Shown here one piece after another: positions 24,603-34,444 of a stretch of 40,196 nt of DNA. Positions within the stretch are counted from its first letter, which is position 1. Each line of letters opens with the position of its first letter. The translations under genes and the position numbers were made by a program. The notes under the pieces are model-generated. The model was not told the DNA's origin. It did no database searches and was given only the letters and a program-made list of their open reading frames with translations. Source of the DNA: a bacterium (GTDB lineage: Bacteria; Patescibacteriota; Patescibacteriia; Magasanikbacterales; GWA2-37-8); the NCBI GenBank assembly GCA_021812425.1, contig JAKANM010000002.1, positions 1-40,196 on the forward strand, in the 5' to 3' direction.

Positions 24603-25349
24603 ATGAGCCTGAATATTTTGGGAGTGCGAATTGACATAGTCAGCAAAGTAAAAGCTCTTCAGGTTATTGAAGAGTTTTTAATCTCTGGAGAACAGCGTCT
24701 GGTTTTTACCCCCAACCCGGAAATGCTGGTTAAGGCAGGGTCAGACGGATATTTCAAAGAAATTTTGAATAGGGGATCGTTGAACCTTTGCGATGGGGTA
24801 GGTATGGTGTTTGCCGGTCGTCTGTCTGGCCAGAAAATTTCGCGATTGCCGGGAGTAGATTTTATGGTTGACCTATGCGAGCTAGCTGAACAAAAAAAGT
24901 ATTCAATCTATTTATTGGGTAGTTTAAGTGATGAAGTTCTTAAAATGACGAGTAAAAATCTATTAAAAAAATTTCCAGAATTAATTATTGCCGGGTATGA
25001 CAGGGGGCCGATGGTAGCAGATGGGCCGGGGAGACAAATGAGCGGCGATCAGGCTGTGATCGATAGAATTAATGAGGCTAAGCCGGACATTTTATTTGTG
25101 GCGTTTGGCATGGGGAAGCAGGAAAAATGGCTGGCGGAAAATTTATCGAAAATGCCAAGCGTAAAAATCGGCATGGGCGTAGGTGGCGCCTTTGATTATT
25201 TGTCGGGAACTGTCTCGCGCGCTCCTAGACTTATGCGTAAAATTGGTTTAGAATGGCTGTATCGTTTATTGAATCAGCCCAGGCGTTTTGGCAGGATTTT
25301 CAACGCCACGCTGAGGTTTTCTTATTTAATTTTAAAAGAAAAAGTGTGA
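24603..25349 (+). CDS. WecB/TagA/CpsF-family glycosyltransferase
   Basis: FTPNPEM, GVDFM and GVGGAFD family motifs; 248 aa. Confidence 0.8.
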   Translation: MSLNILGVRIDIVSKVKALQVIEEFLISGEQRLVFTPNPEMLVKAGSDGYFKEILNRGSLNLCDGVGMVFAGRLSGQKISRLPGVDFMVDLCELAEQKKYSIYLLGSLSDEVLKMTSKNLLKKFPELIIAGYDRGPMVADGPGRQMSGDQAVIDRINEAKPDILFVAFGMGKQEKWLAENLSKMPSVKIGMGVGGAFDYLSGTVSRAPRLMRKIGLEWLYRLLNQPRRFGRIFNATLRFSYLILKEKV

Positions 25350-26803
25350 TCAGAACTCGTTTTGCCCCCAGCCCCACCGGTTACCTTCATGTCGGCGGTC
25401 TTCGTACGGCTTTGTATTCTTATTTGTTTGCGAAAAATCAAGGCGGAAAATTTTTATTGCGCATTGAGGACACGGATCGGGAGCGGTTCGTGGCTGACGG
25501 GACGCAGAACATTATAAATTCGCTTCAGTGGGCCGGGATTGTTCCTGATGAGGGCGTCGTGAATTTTAAGTTAGACAAGCTGGTACAAAAGGGTGATAAA
25601 GGTCCGTATATTCAGTCGGAGCGACTTGATATTTATAAAAAATTTGCTGACGAGCTGGTGGAGGCGGGGAACGCGTATCATTGTTTTTGTACGCCTGAAC
25701 GTTTGCAGGAACTTCGTGATACTCAGCAAAAGAATAAACAGCCCACCGGTTATGATCAGCACTGCCTCAAAACGATGCCGATTGACGAAGCCAAAAAACG
25801 GGCGCGAGACGGTGAGAAAAATGTCATCCGCCTAAAGATGCCTAAGACAGGTGAAACCGTGTTTAACGACTTGATACGAGGCCCTGTGACCTTTCAAAAC
25901 AAACTGGTTGATGATCAGGTACTCCTGAAGTCCGACGGGTATCCGACCTACCACTTGGCGGTGGTGGTCGACGATCATCTCATGGAAATAACGCATGTTA
26001 TTCGCGGCGAAGAATGGATTAGCAGTACGCCAAAACATCTTCAGCTTTATAAATATTTTGGCTGGAAGCCGCCGGAGTTCGCGCATTTGCCGCTTCTTCT
26101 TAATGCCGACAAATCAAAACTCAGCAAGCGCCAGGGTGATGTGGCTGTCCATGAATATATGCAAAAAGGTTATTTGAAGGAAGCGCTGATAAATTTTGTG
26201 GCTTTTCTGGGCTGGAATCCCGGGACCGAACAGGAGCTTTTCACGCTCGATGAATTAGTGAAAGAGTTTAGTCTGGAAAAAGTGAACAAGACCGGCGCGG
26301 TCTTTAATATTGATAAATTAAATTGGTTTAACAAGGAATACATCAAAAAATTGTCTGACGCTGAACTGGCTGGTCGAAGCATAAATTATTTTAGAGGCGC
26401 ATTAAGTCTGGAACAATTGAAAAAAATAGTTCCTTTGGAACGCGAGCGCGTGACGACGCTTTCCGAGTTGCCGGCGGCTTTGGCATTTGCCGTAAGACTC
26501 CCCGAGTACGAGAAAGAATTTCTGATTTGGAAAAAGGGTTCGATCGAAGAGGTGCGAAAAATTTTGCCGGAATTACATAAATTTTTGTCCGGCATAGCAG
26601 AAAAAAAATGGAACAAATCCGATCTGGAGAAGTTGGTAGGGGAGTGGGTGATAAAAAACAGCTATTCCAACGGTAGTGTGCTTTGGCCAATGCGGGTGGC
26701 GCTGTCAGGCCAGCAAAATTCGCCGGGACCGTTTGAGATCGCCGAAGTGCTTGGAAAGGATGAATCAATGGCTAGGATAACCACCGCTCTTCAAAAAGTC
26801 TGA
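25346..26803 (+). CDS. gltX: Glutamate--tRNA ligase
   Basis: HIGH motif in RFAPSPTGYLHVGG and KMSKS motif as KLSKR. I chose the GTG start at 25346, which overlaps the upstream TGA as GTGA, over the track ATG at 25253. Confidence 0.9.
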   Translation: MIRTRFAPSPTGYLHVGGLRTALYSYLFAKNQGGKFLLRIEDTDRERFVADGTQNIINSLQWAGIVPDEGVVNFKLDKLVQKGDKGPYIQSERLDIYKKFADELVEAGNAYHCFCTPERLQELRDTQQKNKQPTGYDQHCLKTMPIDEAKKRARDGEKNVIRLKMPKTGETVFNDLIRGPVTFQNKLVDDQVLLKSDGYPTYHLAVVVDDHLMEITHVIRGEEWISSTPKHLQLYKYFGWKPPEFAHLPLLLNADKSKLSKRQGDVAVHEYMQKGYLKEALINFVAFLGWNPGTEQELFTLDELVKEFSLEKVNKTGAVFNIDKLNWFNKEYIKKLSDAELAGRSINYFRGALSLEQLKKIVPLERERVTTLSELPAALAFAVRLPEYEKEFLIWKKGSIEEVRKILPELHKFLSGIAEKKWNKSDLEKLVGEWVIKNSYSNGSVLWPMRVALSGQQNSPGPFEIAEVLGKDESMARITTALQKV

Positions 26804-26830
26804 GGACGGTTTTTTCAATCCTTAAAAATA

Positions 26831-26839
26831 TGCTATACT
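26831..26839 (+). promoter_or_regulatory. Extended -10 promoter TGcTATACT, 6 nt upstream of the ATG at 26846
   Basis: TG at 26831-26832 and TATACT at 26834-26839. A weak -35, TTTTCA, lies 16 nt upstream. Confidence 0.5.
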
Positions 26840-26845
26840 GAAGAT

Positions 26846-28078
26846 ATGAAAGTCAAGCATATTTTTTATTTTGTTATTTTCGCTGGGATGAGCATGTTTT
26901 TGAGTCGTGCTTTTTTTGTTTCTGCGGCGAATGTCGGCGGGTCAAGCGACGAAATCCAGGTTTTGAATCAGGAAATTTCCAAAAGGAAAGATAAAATTAG
27001 GGAACTCGAGAATACGATCGGTAATTATAAAAAAATAATCAGTGAGAAGGAAACTCAGGCGGTGTCGTTGAAAAATCAACTTGATATTATCGGTAACCGC
27101 GTCACCCAAATTGGGACGGATATTGAATTAACTAAGGAAAAGATCAAAGAAAATCAGCTCGAAATAGACGCGCTCAATATTTCGATCGGCGATAAACAAA
27201 AAATTATTGATAAACAGAAAAAACTGATCGCGAAAATAATTCAGAGCGTTCATTTCGGAGAGCAGAAAAATTATTTGGAAATAATGTTGACCTATAATAA
27301 TTTCGCTGATTTTTATAACGACCTGCGTTCAATTGAGAGCATCGATGCCGATCTTGGACGTTCCGTGAAGACACTTCGCCTCGCGATGCAGGATCTGTCC
27401 GAGCGTCAAAAACAGGTGCACACCAAACAGCTGGTTTTTCAGAATTTGCAGAATGAGTTAGAAGGAAAAAAAGGTGAACTGGTGAGTCAGGAAACCGCCA
27501 AGGAAACCTTGTTGTTTCAAACCAAATCATCCGAGGCTAAATTTAGGACTTTATTATCGAGCCTAAAAGAACAGTACCAGGTAATCGAAACCGAACAGCG
27601 CACGTTCGAACAGCAGCTGCAAAAAAAATTGGAGAAAGAACAAAAAATCGTCGCGACCGGATCGGTTATCATGAGTTGGCCGGCTTCAAGCCGCGTCATC
27701 AATGCCGTGTTTCATGATGAAAGTTATCCTTTTAAGCGGGTGTTTGAGCACAGCGGCATCGATATTAAAGCCAGCTATGGCACGCCAATCAAGGCGGCCG
27801 CATCCGGTTATGTGGCGCGCGCGCGACGTTGTAGTGTCGCTTCGTGTTATAGCTATATTTTAGTTGTTCATACCGGAAGCATCTCGAGCGTCTATGGTCA
27901 TTTGAGCGGAATTAACGTGACTGAAGATCAATTCGTAAATCGAGGAGATATTATCGGTTATTCCGGTGGTACGCCCGGGACGGTTGGCGCCGGGCCGTTT
28001 GTGACCGGTCCGCATTTGCACTTTGAAGTCCGTCAAAACGGCATTCCGGTAAATCCGATGCCTTACATGGCTCCCTAG
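26846..28078 (+). CDS. M23-family peptidoglycan DD-metalloendopeptidase with an N-terminal coiled coil (EnvC-like)
   Basis: Signal or TM segment, a long coiled-coil region, and LytM motifs HSGIDI and GPHLHFEV. Confidence 0.85.
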   Translation: MKVKHIFYFVIFAGMSMFLSRAFFVSAANVGGSSDEIQVLNQEISKRKDKIRELENTIGNYKKIISEKETQAVSLKNQLDIIGNRVTQIGTDIELTKEKIKENQLEIDALNISIGDKQKIIDKQKKLIAKIIQSVHFGEQKNYLEIMLTYNNFADFYNDLRSIESIDADLGRSVKTLRLAMQDLSERQKQVHTKQLVFQNLQNELEGKKGELVSQETAKETLLFQTKSSEAKFRTLLSSLKEQYQVIETEQRTFEQQLQKKLEKEQKIVATGSVIMSWPASSRVINAVFHDESYPFKRVFEHSGIDIKASYGTPIKAAASGYVARARRCSVASCYSYILVVHTGSISSVYGHLSGINVTEDQFVNRGDIIGYSGGTPGTVGAGPFVTGPHLHFEVRQNGIPVNPMPYMAP

Positions 28079-28086
28079 AAGTAATT

Positions 28087-29049
28087 TTATTTTTCTCCGC
28101 TGTGAAATCGTTTGTGAACGCTTCTTAATTGTGGATTGGTGACATGGGTGTAAATCTGAGTGGTCATGATATTTTTGTGTCCCAAAAGTTCCTGGACGGA
28201 GCGCATGTCGGCGCCCTGCGTTAAGAGATCGGTAGCGAAACTGTGACGCAACGTGTGCGGCGTCGCTTCAATCGGCAATCCGGCCATGGCGGTATATTTT
28301 CGAACCAGCCTTTCTATTGAACGCGGTGTCAGGCGGTGTTCGTTATCATTTTTATCTTTTTTGTAGTTAATGAATAGGGGAGGTAGGAGGTCCTTCCTGG
28401 TAGCCAGATATCCGGACAGCCATTTTATGGCGCGTGAAGATAGAAAAATTACCCGCGTTGATCCTCCTTTGCCGGAAATATTTAATTCGAGCTCCGTTAG
28501 TTTTTTATTTAGGAGATCTTTTAGGTTGAACATCCGTATATTAAGCGACGTTAGTTCTGATACCCGCATACCGGTGGAGAAGAAGACCTCCAAAATCGCG
28601 CGGTCGCGTTTACCCTCAAGCGTGGTTAGGTCTGGCATGTTAAGCATTTTTTCAACTTGGTCAAAACGCAGGAATTTTATCGCCTTGTCCTTGTCGGTTA
28701 ATTTTGGCAGTTTAATTTTTTCCGCGGAAAGCGAAACGATGTCCCGGGTCGCAAAAAAATTCAATAGATTGCGCAAGGCGATCAGGTAATAGTTCTGGGT
28801 GGTCTTCATGATATATTTGCCGCCCCCGTCCTGTTTGCGCGATAAGTATAGTCGGTAGTTCCAAATATGCTCACTGGTTAGCTCGTGGGGCTTTAAATCT
28901 GATTGGTTGGTATGATCTAGCCAGAGGGTGAATATTTTTAGGAAGTTATGGTAGTTTTTCGTTGATACCGGCGATAAACCCTTCTCAACCTCGCAATAAT
29001 CCAGGAAATCGGGGATGTGCTTTATGATGGGTTTGTTTGATTTGTCCAT
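28087..29049 (-). CDS. Tyrosine recombinase, XerC/XerD-like
   Basis: Catalytic motifs TPHTLRHSFAT and LGHKNIMTTQIYTHV. I chose the ATG at 29049 over the TTG at 29076. Confidence 0.8.
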   Translation of the reverse strand: MDKSNKPIIKHIPDFLDYCEVEKGLSPVSTKNYHNFLKIFTLWLDHTNQSDLKPHELTSEHIWNYRLYLSRKQDGGGKYIMKTTQNYYLIALRNLLNFFATRDIVSLSAEKIKLPKLTDKDKAIKFLRFDQVEKMLNMPDLTTLEGKRDRAILEVFFSTGMRVSELTSLNIRMFNLKDLLNKKLTELELNISGKGGSTRVIFLSSRAIKWLSGYLATRKDLLPPLFINYKKDKNDNEHRLTPRSIERLVRKYTAMAGLPIEATPHTLRHSFATDLLTQGADMRSVQELLGHKNIMTTQIYTHVTNPQLRSVHKRFHSGEK

Positions 29050-29100
29050 ATAGATGGTTTTTACTGTGCTTAACAAGCCACTTAATCTATGTTATACGAC

Positions 29101-29129
29101 ATTATATAATACCGCAATATTACAGTCAA
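29101..29129 (-). promoter_or_regulatory. Promoter: TTGACT, 17 nt, TATAAT
   Basis: On the minus strand, TTGACT is at 29129-29124 and TATAAT at 29106-29101, about 50 nt upstream of the recombinase ATG. Confidence 0.55.
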
Positions 29130-29159
29130 ACTATTTTATTCACACTGCCCTTTCTCCCG

Positions 29160-30155
29160 TTACTTCCAATAAATTCGATCGCCGAACCGAAGATCAACGT
29201 ATTCCAACGGATGATTATTATTCAAAAATATCTGTAGCTTTGAAACTTGTTCATCAATATTGTCGTTGGGTTGGAAGACGACCTTAAACGGTTTATTGGT
29301 AATGGCTGTAATCCCCGCTCCTGATATGTCATTGATAAAATAGGCCGTCTTTATTGTTTTGACCCGCTGAAGGGCGTTATACAGCGCCACCACGCCTTGC
29401 ATGGTTTTATTGTCCAGCAAACGATCATTTTCGCCGGTTTTTTGTGGTTTTTGGTCATAAATTACCGGGTAATCGCCGAATTCCTCCGTAATCCCCTGAT
29501 AATTCGGCACGTGAATGCCGGCAATGAAAGTGGAAGTTGGTGTTTTGACGCTCGTGGTGGTGGCTATCGTTGAAGTCGGATAGATAAACTCACTTGAACT
29601 GATGCTACGGAGATATTTTATATTCATTCCCTCTCCGTCCAGTAAATAATACGCTTCGCCATTGTCATAGATTCCAGCCGTGGTTTTTTCCTGAAGTTGT
29701 ACGACCAAACTGTTTGGAAAAACTTTAGTTACGGTAACGGAATTTAATAAAAAGTTATTGTTTAGAGTTTGTTCCAGAGAATTTTTGTTAAAAAGAAAAT
29801 AATTATTCACCGGCCAGACTGCGCTATGCGGCGTAAGCCGATCGTTTACGATTTTGGCGATTTCGGACTCGGTAATAATTTTTAGACCTAAATAATTGAC
29901 TTTATTTATTCTGAAGTACGGTAAATAGAGCAAAAGACCAATCCAGGAGATAATAAAAATCGGTAAAATCGTCCCTCTGATTTTTATTCGAGATTTTTTA
30001 TTTTTAGTTTTATACGGATTGTATAGTCTTATAGCCTCCGCATCCTCATGCTGTCGATAGTGACTGTGGTTTGATTTATTTCGAGCCAAAAAGTGCCAGC
30101 CTTTGGTTACTGACTTATGTTCACGATGTTTTTTCCCAGAGCCGTAAAAATGCAT
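29160..30155 (-). CDS. ftsQ: Cell division protein FtsQ/DivIB-like (POTRA domain)
   Basis: Basic cytoplasmic N-terminus, a single TM segment (ILPIFIISWIGLLLYLPYF), then a POTRA-like VNYLGLKIITESEI segment. I chose the start at M38 (30155) to avoid an 86-nt overlap with alr. Confidence 0.55.
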   Translation of the reverse strand: MHFYGSGKKHREHKSVTKGWHFLARNKSNHSHYRQHEDAEAIRLYNPYKTKNKKSRIKIRGTILPIFIISWIGLLLYLPYFRINKVNYLGLKIITESEIAKIVNDRLTPHSAVWPVNNYFLFNKNSLEQTLNNNFLLNSVTVTKVFPNSLVVQLQEKTTAGIYDNGEAYYLLDGEGMNIKYLRSISSSEFIYPTSTIATTTSVKTPTSTFIAGIHVPNYQGITEEFGDYPVIYDQKPQKTGENDRLLDNKTMQGVVALYNALQRVKTIKTAYFINDISGAGITAITNKPFKVVFQPNDNIDEQVSKLQIFLNNNHPLEYVDLRFGDRIYWK

Positions 30156-30180
30156 CTGAATAATATTTACTCTGATTCTA

Positions 30181-31296
30181 TTATACCACGATTCTTGTAA
30201 GATGTGGATTAATTTTTGTGGTGATTTCGTAGTTAATCGTTCCAGGCGATAGTTCCGCGAGCTCATCAGCGGTTATTTCTTCTTTTCCAGACTGGCCGAT
30301 CATGGTTACTATGTCCCCCGCTTTGGCATTACTTTCGCCATTGATTTCGACCATCATCAGATTCATACATATGCGACCGCGAATCGGACAGCGTCGGCCT
30401 TTAATGATTACCTCGGCTTTGTTGCTCCAGACGCGATCGTAGCCGTCATAATAACCGATTGGAATAATACCAATCGTACCGGCCTTTTTCATGGTGTAGG
30501 TACCGCCATAACTGATTTTTGTTCCTTTTTTAACCTTTTTTACTTGAATTAATGTGCTTTTCCAGCTTAATACCGGTCGCAGTTTAATAATTTTTCGACA
30601 AAATGGAGCAGGATAAAGTCCGTAGGTGCCGAGTCCGATTCGGACCGCGTCAAGCCTGGAATCTGGGTATAATAATGAGGCGGCCGTACAAGCAACGTGC
30701 CTGATTGGCGCGTCGATCCCATGTTTTTTTATTATTTGGTCCGCCTGCATTAGTATTGATAATTGTTTTTTTGTAATTGTGCTGGAGGCTTCGCTTGAAG
30801 AAAAATGACTCCAGATGCCTTCCAGCCGCAGATGTGAAAGTCTTTTTATTTCGGAAACAAAGGTCTCCATATCATCGAGAGTAATGCCGACTCTGGTGGT
30901 GCCGGCGTCAATTTTGAGGTGTGTGACTCCGGTCAAACCAACTCTCTCCCCTACTCGATCAATAAATTTTGCCTGATCAAGTCGATAAATCGGCAAAATA
31001 ATATTTTTTTTCAATGATTCGATTATCGCGTCTTCATCGAGCGGATAGAATGATAATACTTGGATCGGTTTTTTTATGCCGCCGGCGCGGAGCAACAAGG
31101 CTTCGTCTAGGCTAACCGTTGCCAGCCGATCAACTTCAGGAGCTTCCTCACAGATGCGTGCGACTTCAAGAATCCCATGCCCATAGGCATTGGCTTTGAC
31201 GACGGGAATTAATAAGACTGATGGTCCAATTAATTCCCGAAAGGCCTTTAGATTGTGCTCGATCGCGGAGCGTGAAATTTCCACCCAGCTGAGCAT
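30181..31296 (-). CDS. alr: Alanine racemase
   Basis: PLP-lysine motif VVKANAYGHG and a 371-aa two-domain layout. Confidence 0.9.
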   Translation of the reverse strand: MLSWVEISRSAIEHNLKAFRELIGPSVLLIPVVKANAYGHGILEVARICEEAPEVDRLATVSLDEALLLRAGGIKKPIQVLSFYPLDEDAIIESLKKNIILPIYRLDQAKFIDRVGERVGLTGVTHLKIDAGTTRVGITLDDMETFVSEIKRLSHLRLEGIWSHFSSSEASSTITKKQLSILMQADQIIKKHGIDAPIRHVACTAASLLYPDSRLDAVRIGLGTYGLYPAPFCRKIIKLRPVLSWKSTLIQVKKVKKGTKISYGGTYTMKKAGTIGIIPIGYYDGYDRVWSNKAEVIIKGRRCPIRGRICMNLMMVEINGESNAKAGDIVTMIGQSGKEEITADELAELSPGTINYEITTKINPHLTRIVV

Positions 31297-31303
31297 ATTC
31301 TTA

Positions 31304-32542
31304 TTAAATTTTATCGAAGCCAGTGTATTTTTGAAGAACTTCAGGAATATTTATCGAGCCGTCCGATTGCTGATTATTTTCGATAATAGCCAGCATTGGT
31401 CGATCGCTTGAAACAGTTCCGTTTAGCGTGTGAGCAAATTGACGCTTGCCGTCGCTAGTTTTGAATTTGATGTTACTTCGTCTTGCCTGGTAGTCGGTGG
31501 TGTTGCTGGTAGAAGTAAGCTCGCGGTATCTCCCCTGCCCGGGAAACCAACCCTCACAGTCGAATTTTTTTGCCGCCGGAAAACCCAGATCGCCCGAGCA
31601 AACATTTACCACCTGGTAGTGCAGTCCGAGCGAGCTGATAAATTCTTCCTCGGCTTTTAGTAATTCATCGTGCAATTTCGCTGATTGATCAGGGGAAGCA
31701 AAAACCACCATTTCAACTTTATAAAATTGGTGTACGCGAAACAGTCCCTTGGTATCTTTTCCATAACTGCCAGATTCGCGCCTGAAGCACGGCGTAATGG
31801 CCACATATTTTTTGGGTAACATCTTTTCTTCCAACACTTCGTCCGCATGCATATAAATCATCGGCACCTCGGAAGTTCCGATTAGAAATAGATTGTCTTC
31901 GCCCGGATTTACCGAGTAGACTTCATTTTTATCAGCCGGAAAAAATCCGGTGCCGTACATAGCGGATTCCTTCACCAATATCGGCGGTAAAACTAATTCA
32001 AATCCGCGCGCGACCATGAAATCAACCGCGTATTGCATGATCGCCCTCTCGAGAATCGCAATTTTGCCTTTTAGATAATAAAATCTTGAGCCGGATGTGT
32101 TGGCGCCGCGTTCCATATCTATCCCCTCCTTAGCATGTTCGACCTCGAAGTGTTCCCTCGGCGCGAAAGTAAAAGCAGGTTTTTTGCCGACAGTTTTAAT
32201 TACCTTATTTTCACTGTCGTCTTTACCAATCGGCGTCGAAGGATCATTAATATTCGGGATTTTAATCAGCAACTGCAGAAGTTCGGTATCGTTATTTTTA
32301 AGCCCATCTTCTAGCTCACTGATCTCAGTCCCAACCTTCTTCATATTGGCGATTTCCGCCGCTGACGGTTTTGTTTTCGATTTTTCGTTTCTTTTTGCCC
32401 GCAGGGACTCGATTTTTTTTTGCAAATCATTTTTTTCGGAATCAAGCGAAAGCAACCTCTCCATGTCAACTTTAACATTCCTGGAAAGATTATTTTTTTC
32501 AACAAGTTTTTTGTTCTCCCTGATAAATTTAATATCTAGCAT
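31304..32542 (-). CDS. serS: Serine--tRNA ligase
   Basis: N-terminal coiled coil beginning MLDIKFIRENK and class II motifs FRRESGSYGKDTKGLFRVHQFYKVE. I chose the start at the second Met (32542). Confidence 0.9.
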   Translation of the reverse strand: MLDIKFIRENKKLVEKNNLSRNVKVDMERLLSLDSEKNDLQKKIESLRAKRNEKSKTKPSAAEIANMKKVGTEISELEDGLKNNDTELLQLLIKIPNINDPSTPIGKDDSENKVIKTVGKKPAFTFAPREHFEVEHAKEGIDMERGANTSGSRFYYLKGKIAILERAIMQYAVDFMVARGFELVLPPILVKESAMYGTGFFPADKNEVYSVNPGEDNLFLIGTSEVPMIYMHADEVLEEKMLPKKYVAITPCFRRESGSYGKDTKGLFRVHQFYKVEMVVFASPDQSAKLHDELLKAEEEFISSLGLHYQVVNVCSGDLGFPAAKKFDCEGWFPGQGRYRELTSTSNTTDYQARRSNIKFKTSDGKRQFAHTLNGTVSSDRPMLAIIENNQQSDGSINIPEVLQKYTGFDKI

Positions 32543-32567
32543 AAATTTGGTTGTACACATTTTTTAT

Positions 32568-32972
32568 TCAAATGACAGAATGTCCTTTTAGTAAGGAACT
32601 ATGATAGATTTCGGGGTGAAAGGCTCTAATTCTGACAATCTTCACATCCGGAAAAGCTTTTTTTAGTCCGTCGATGAAAAATTTTTGATCATAGCCGAGC
32701 GCAATAATATTTGGATTTTCATTGCGAATTACCGCATACTTATCGTTTCCGATTCGTCCGAGCGAAACCTTGTCGGTGAGGTTGAGCGCCTTGAGATTTT
32801 GGACGCGCTTATCCTCAGTGTTGAGTGGAGCGTGATTTTTCACCTTTTTAACAGTCCGGTCCCGCGCCACGATCACCACAAGGCTATCGCCAAGTTTCTT
32901 CGCTTTTTTTAGGAAATATTCATGTCCGGGATGAAGAGTGTCGAAAGTTCCAAACGCCATCACTTTTTTCAT
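32568..32972 (-). CDS. Cytidylyltransferase-fold nucleotidyltransferase (RibL/TagD-like)
   Basis: GTFDTLHPGHEYFL (HxGH motif) and about 134 aa length. I chose the ATG at 32972. Confidence 0.6.
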   Translation of the reverse strand: MKKVMAFGTFDTLHPGHEYFLKKAKKLGDSLVVIVARDRTVKKVKNHAPLNTEDKRVQNLKALNLTDKVSLGRIGNDKYAVIRNENPNIIALGYDQKFFIDGLKKAFPDVKIVRIRAFHPEIYHSSLLKGHSVI

Positions 32973-32980
32973 AAGCAATG

Positions 32981-34438
32981 TTATTTTTCGGGACGAAGCG
33001 TCGGAAATAAAATTACTTCCTTCAGATTTTGCGCTCCAACCAAAAGTTTTACCAGGCGGTCGATGCCCATCCCGAGGCCAGCGGTCGGCGGCATGCCGTG
33101 TTTCATCGCTTCGATGAAATCCTCATCATATGGCATGGTTTCCTCGTCACCTTTTGAACTGAGTTGCTTTTGTTCGATGAATCGCTGTTCTTGATCCAAT
33201 GGATCATTTAATTCCGAAAAGGCGTTGCACAGTTCGTTGCCTCCGACACAAAGCAATTGGAAACGTTCGACGTAATTTGGATTTTCTGGTTTACGTTTGG
33301 CTAGCGGTGACAATTCCACCGGATGATCAGTGACAAAAATTGGGTTTATTATAAAAGGTCTGGCAAATTTTTTGTAGATATCGTCGATTAACTTTCCGCG
33401 TCCATTATTTTTATCAATGCCATCAATTTTTAGCTCAACGGCTTTTTTGTACATTGATTTTTGATCAGCAAAGTCCTCGATGTCAAACTTGGCATGCTGT
33501 TTGAGTAGAGCCCGCATCGTGACGCGCGGATACGGCGGCGTAAAATCAACTTCACCCTCGGTGGTTTTGAATTTTAGATTGAGTCCGGCCGCGGCAATAA
33601 GTTTCGGTAGAAGATCCTCAATCAGATTCATGAGCATATTGTAATCGGCGTAGGCCCAGTAAAATTCAATCTGCGTAAACTCCGGGTTGTGATTCTGATC
33701 GATACCCTCATTTCGAAAACATTTTGCGACCTCGTACACCTTTTCAAATCCGCCGACGATAAGACGTTTTAAATAAAGCTCGGGTGCGATGCGAAGATAG
33801 AGCGGAATATCAAGCGCGTTGTGGTGTGTGACAAATGGTTTTGCCAAAGCCCCGCCGTAAAGTGTCTGGAGGATCGGCGTCTCGACTTCATAGAAACCGT
33901 GGTCATCGAAATAATGTCGCAATTCACGGACGAGCTTGCTCCGAATCTTGGCAATTCGCATGGATTCTTCGTTTGACAACAAATCGAGGTAACGTTTGCG
34001 GTAACGCTGTTCCTGATCAGTAAGTCCGTGCCACTTTTCTGGTAACGGCAGTAAGGCCTTCGAAATCAATCGGATTGTTTTGATCAGAATGCTGATCTCC
34101 CCTTTGTGGGTGGTAAACATTTTGCCGTCTACCTCAAAAAAATCTCCGAGATCAAAATTTTTATTAAAAAAAGCGTAATCTGTTTCTCCTAGATCAGTTT
34201 TTGACAGGACGATTTGCAGACTGGTAGATTCATCCCTCAGGTGGCAAAAAGTAAGTTTTCCCATTTCTCGTCTCGACATGAGTCTGCCGGTGACCTTTAC
34301 CGGAGTCCCCTCTGGCAAGGCTTTTGCTTCGAGAAGAGTAAAAGTGCGGTCGACGCGCGCGGGGTATGGATCGAGGTTGGCTTTTTGAATGGCATCCAGA
34401 TGTTCAAGTCGGGCGGCTTCTTCGGTTTGATGCTGCAT
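32981..34438 (-). CDS. lysS: Lysine--tRNA ligase (class II)
   Basis: OB-fold N-domain, FRNEGIDQNHNPEFTQIEFY, and the C-terminal GMGIDRL motif. Confidence 0.9.
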   Translation of the reverse strand: MQHQTEEAARLEHLDAIQKANLDPYPARVDRTFTLLEAKALPEGTPVKVTGRLMSRREMGKLTFCHLRDESTSLQIVLSKTDLGETDYAFFNKNFDLGDFFEVDGKMFTTHKGEISILIKTIRLISKALLPLPEKWHGLTDQEQRYRKRYLDLLSNEESMRIAKIRSKLVRELRHYFDDHGFYEVETPILQTLYGGALAKPFVTHHNALDIPLYLRIAPELYLKRLIVGGFEKVYEVAKCFRNEGIDQNHNPEFTQIEFYWAYADYNMLMNLIEDLLPKLIAAAGLNLKFKTTEGEVDFTPPYPRVTMRALLKQHAKFDIEDFADQKSMYKKAVELKIDGIDKNNGRGKLIDDIYKKFARPFIINPIFVTDHPVELSPLAKRKPENPNYVERFQLLCVGGNELCNAFSELNDPLDQEQRFIEQKQLSSKGDEETMPYDEDFIEAMKHGMPPTAGLGMGIDRLVKLLVGAQNLKEVILFPTLRPEK

Positions 34439-34444
34439 AGAGTT

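Noticed and set aside
25253-25345. The track's longer gltX start (ATG at 25253), which overlaps tagA by 97 nt.
   Set aside because: The extension (MAVSFIESAQ...) has no GluRS similarity. The conserved N-terminus IRTRFAPSPTGYLHVGG begins at the GTG at 25346, which forms a GTGA overlap with the upstream stop.
26790-26820. A terminator after gltX (T-tract GGTTTTTTC).
   Set aside because: The preceding sequence forms only a weak, mismatched stem. It is not strong enough to call.
29050-29160. A possible dif-like Xer recombination site (ATGTTATACGACATTATATAAT) next to the xerC-like gene, which raised the idea of an integrated element.
   Set aside because: There is only a 5-bp inverted repeat and weak resemblance to dif arms. 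The A/T-rich stretch is better explained as the TTGACT-17-TATAAT promoter. Flanking genes are housekeeping, and no att-like direct repeats were seen.
30156-30266. An upstream start (30266) for the FtsQ-like gene, giving an 86-nt overlap with alr.
   Set aside because: The extension lies within the alr coding sequence and is not FtsQ-like. The internal Met at 30155 lies after the alr stop. This remains uncertain.
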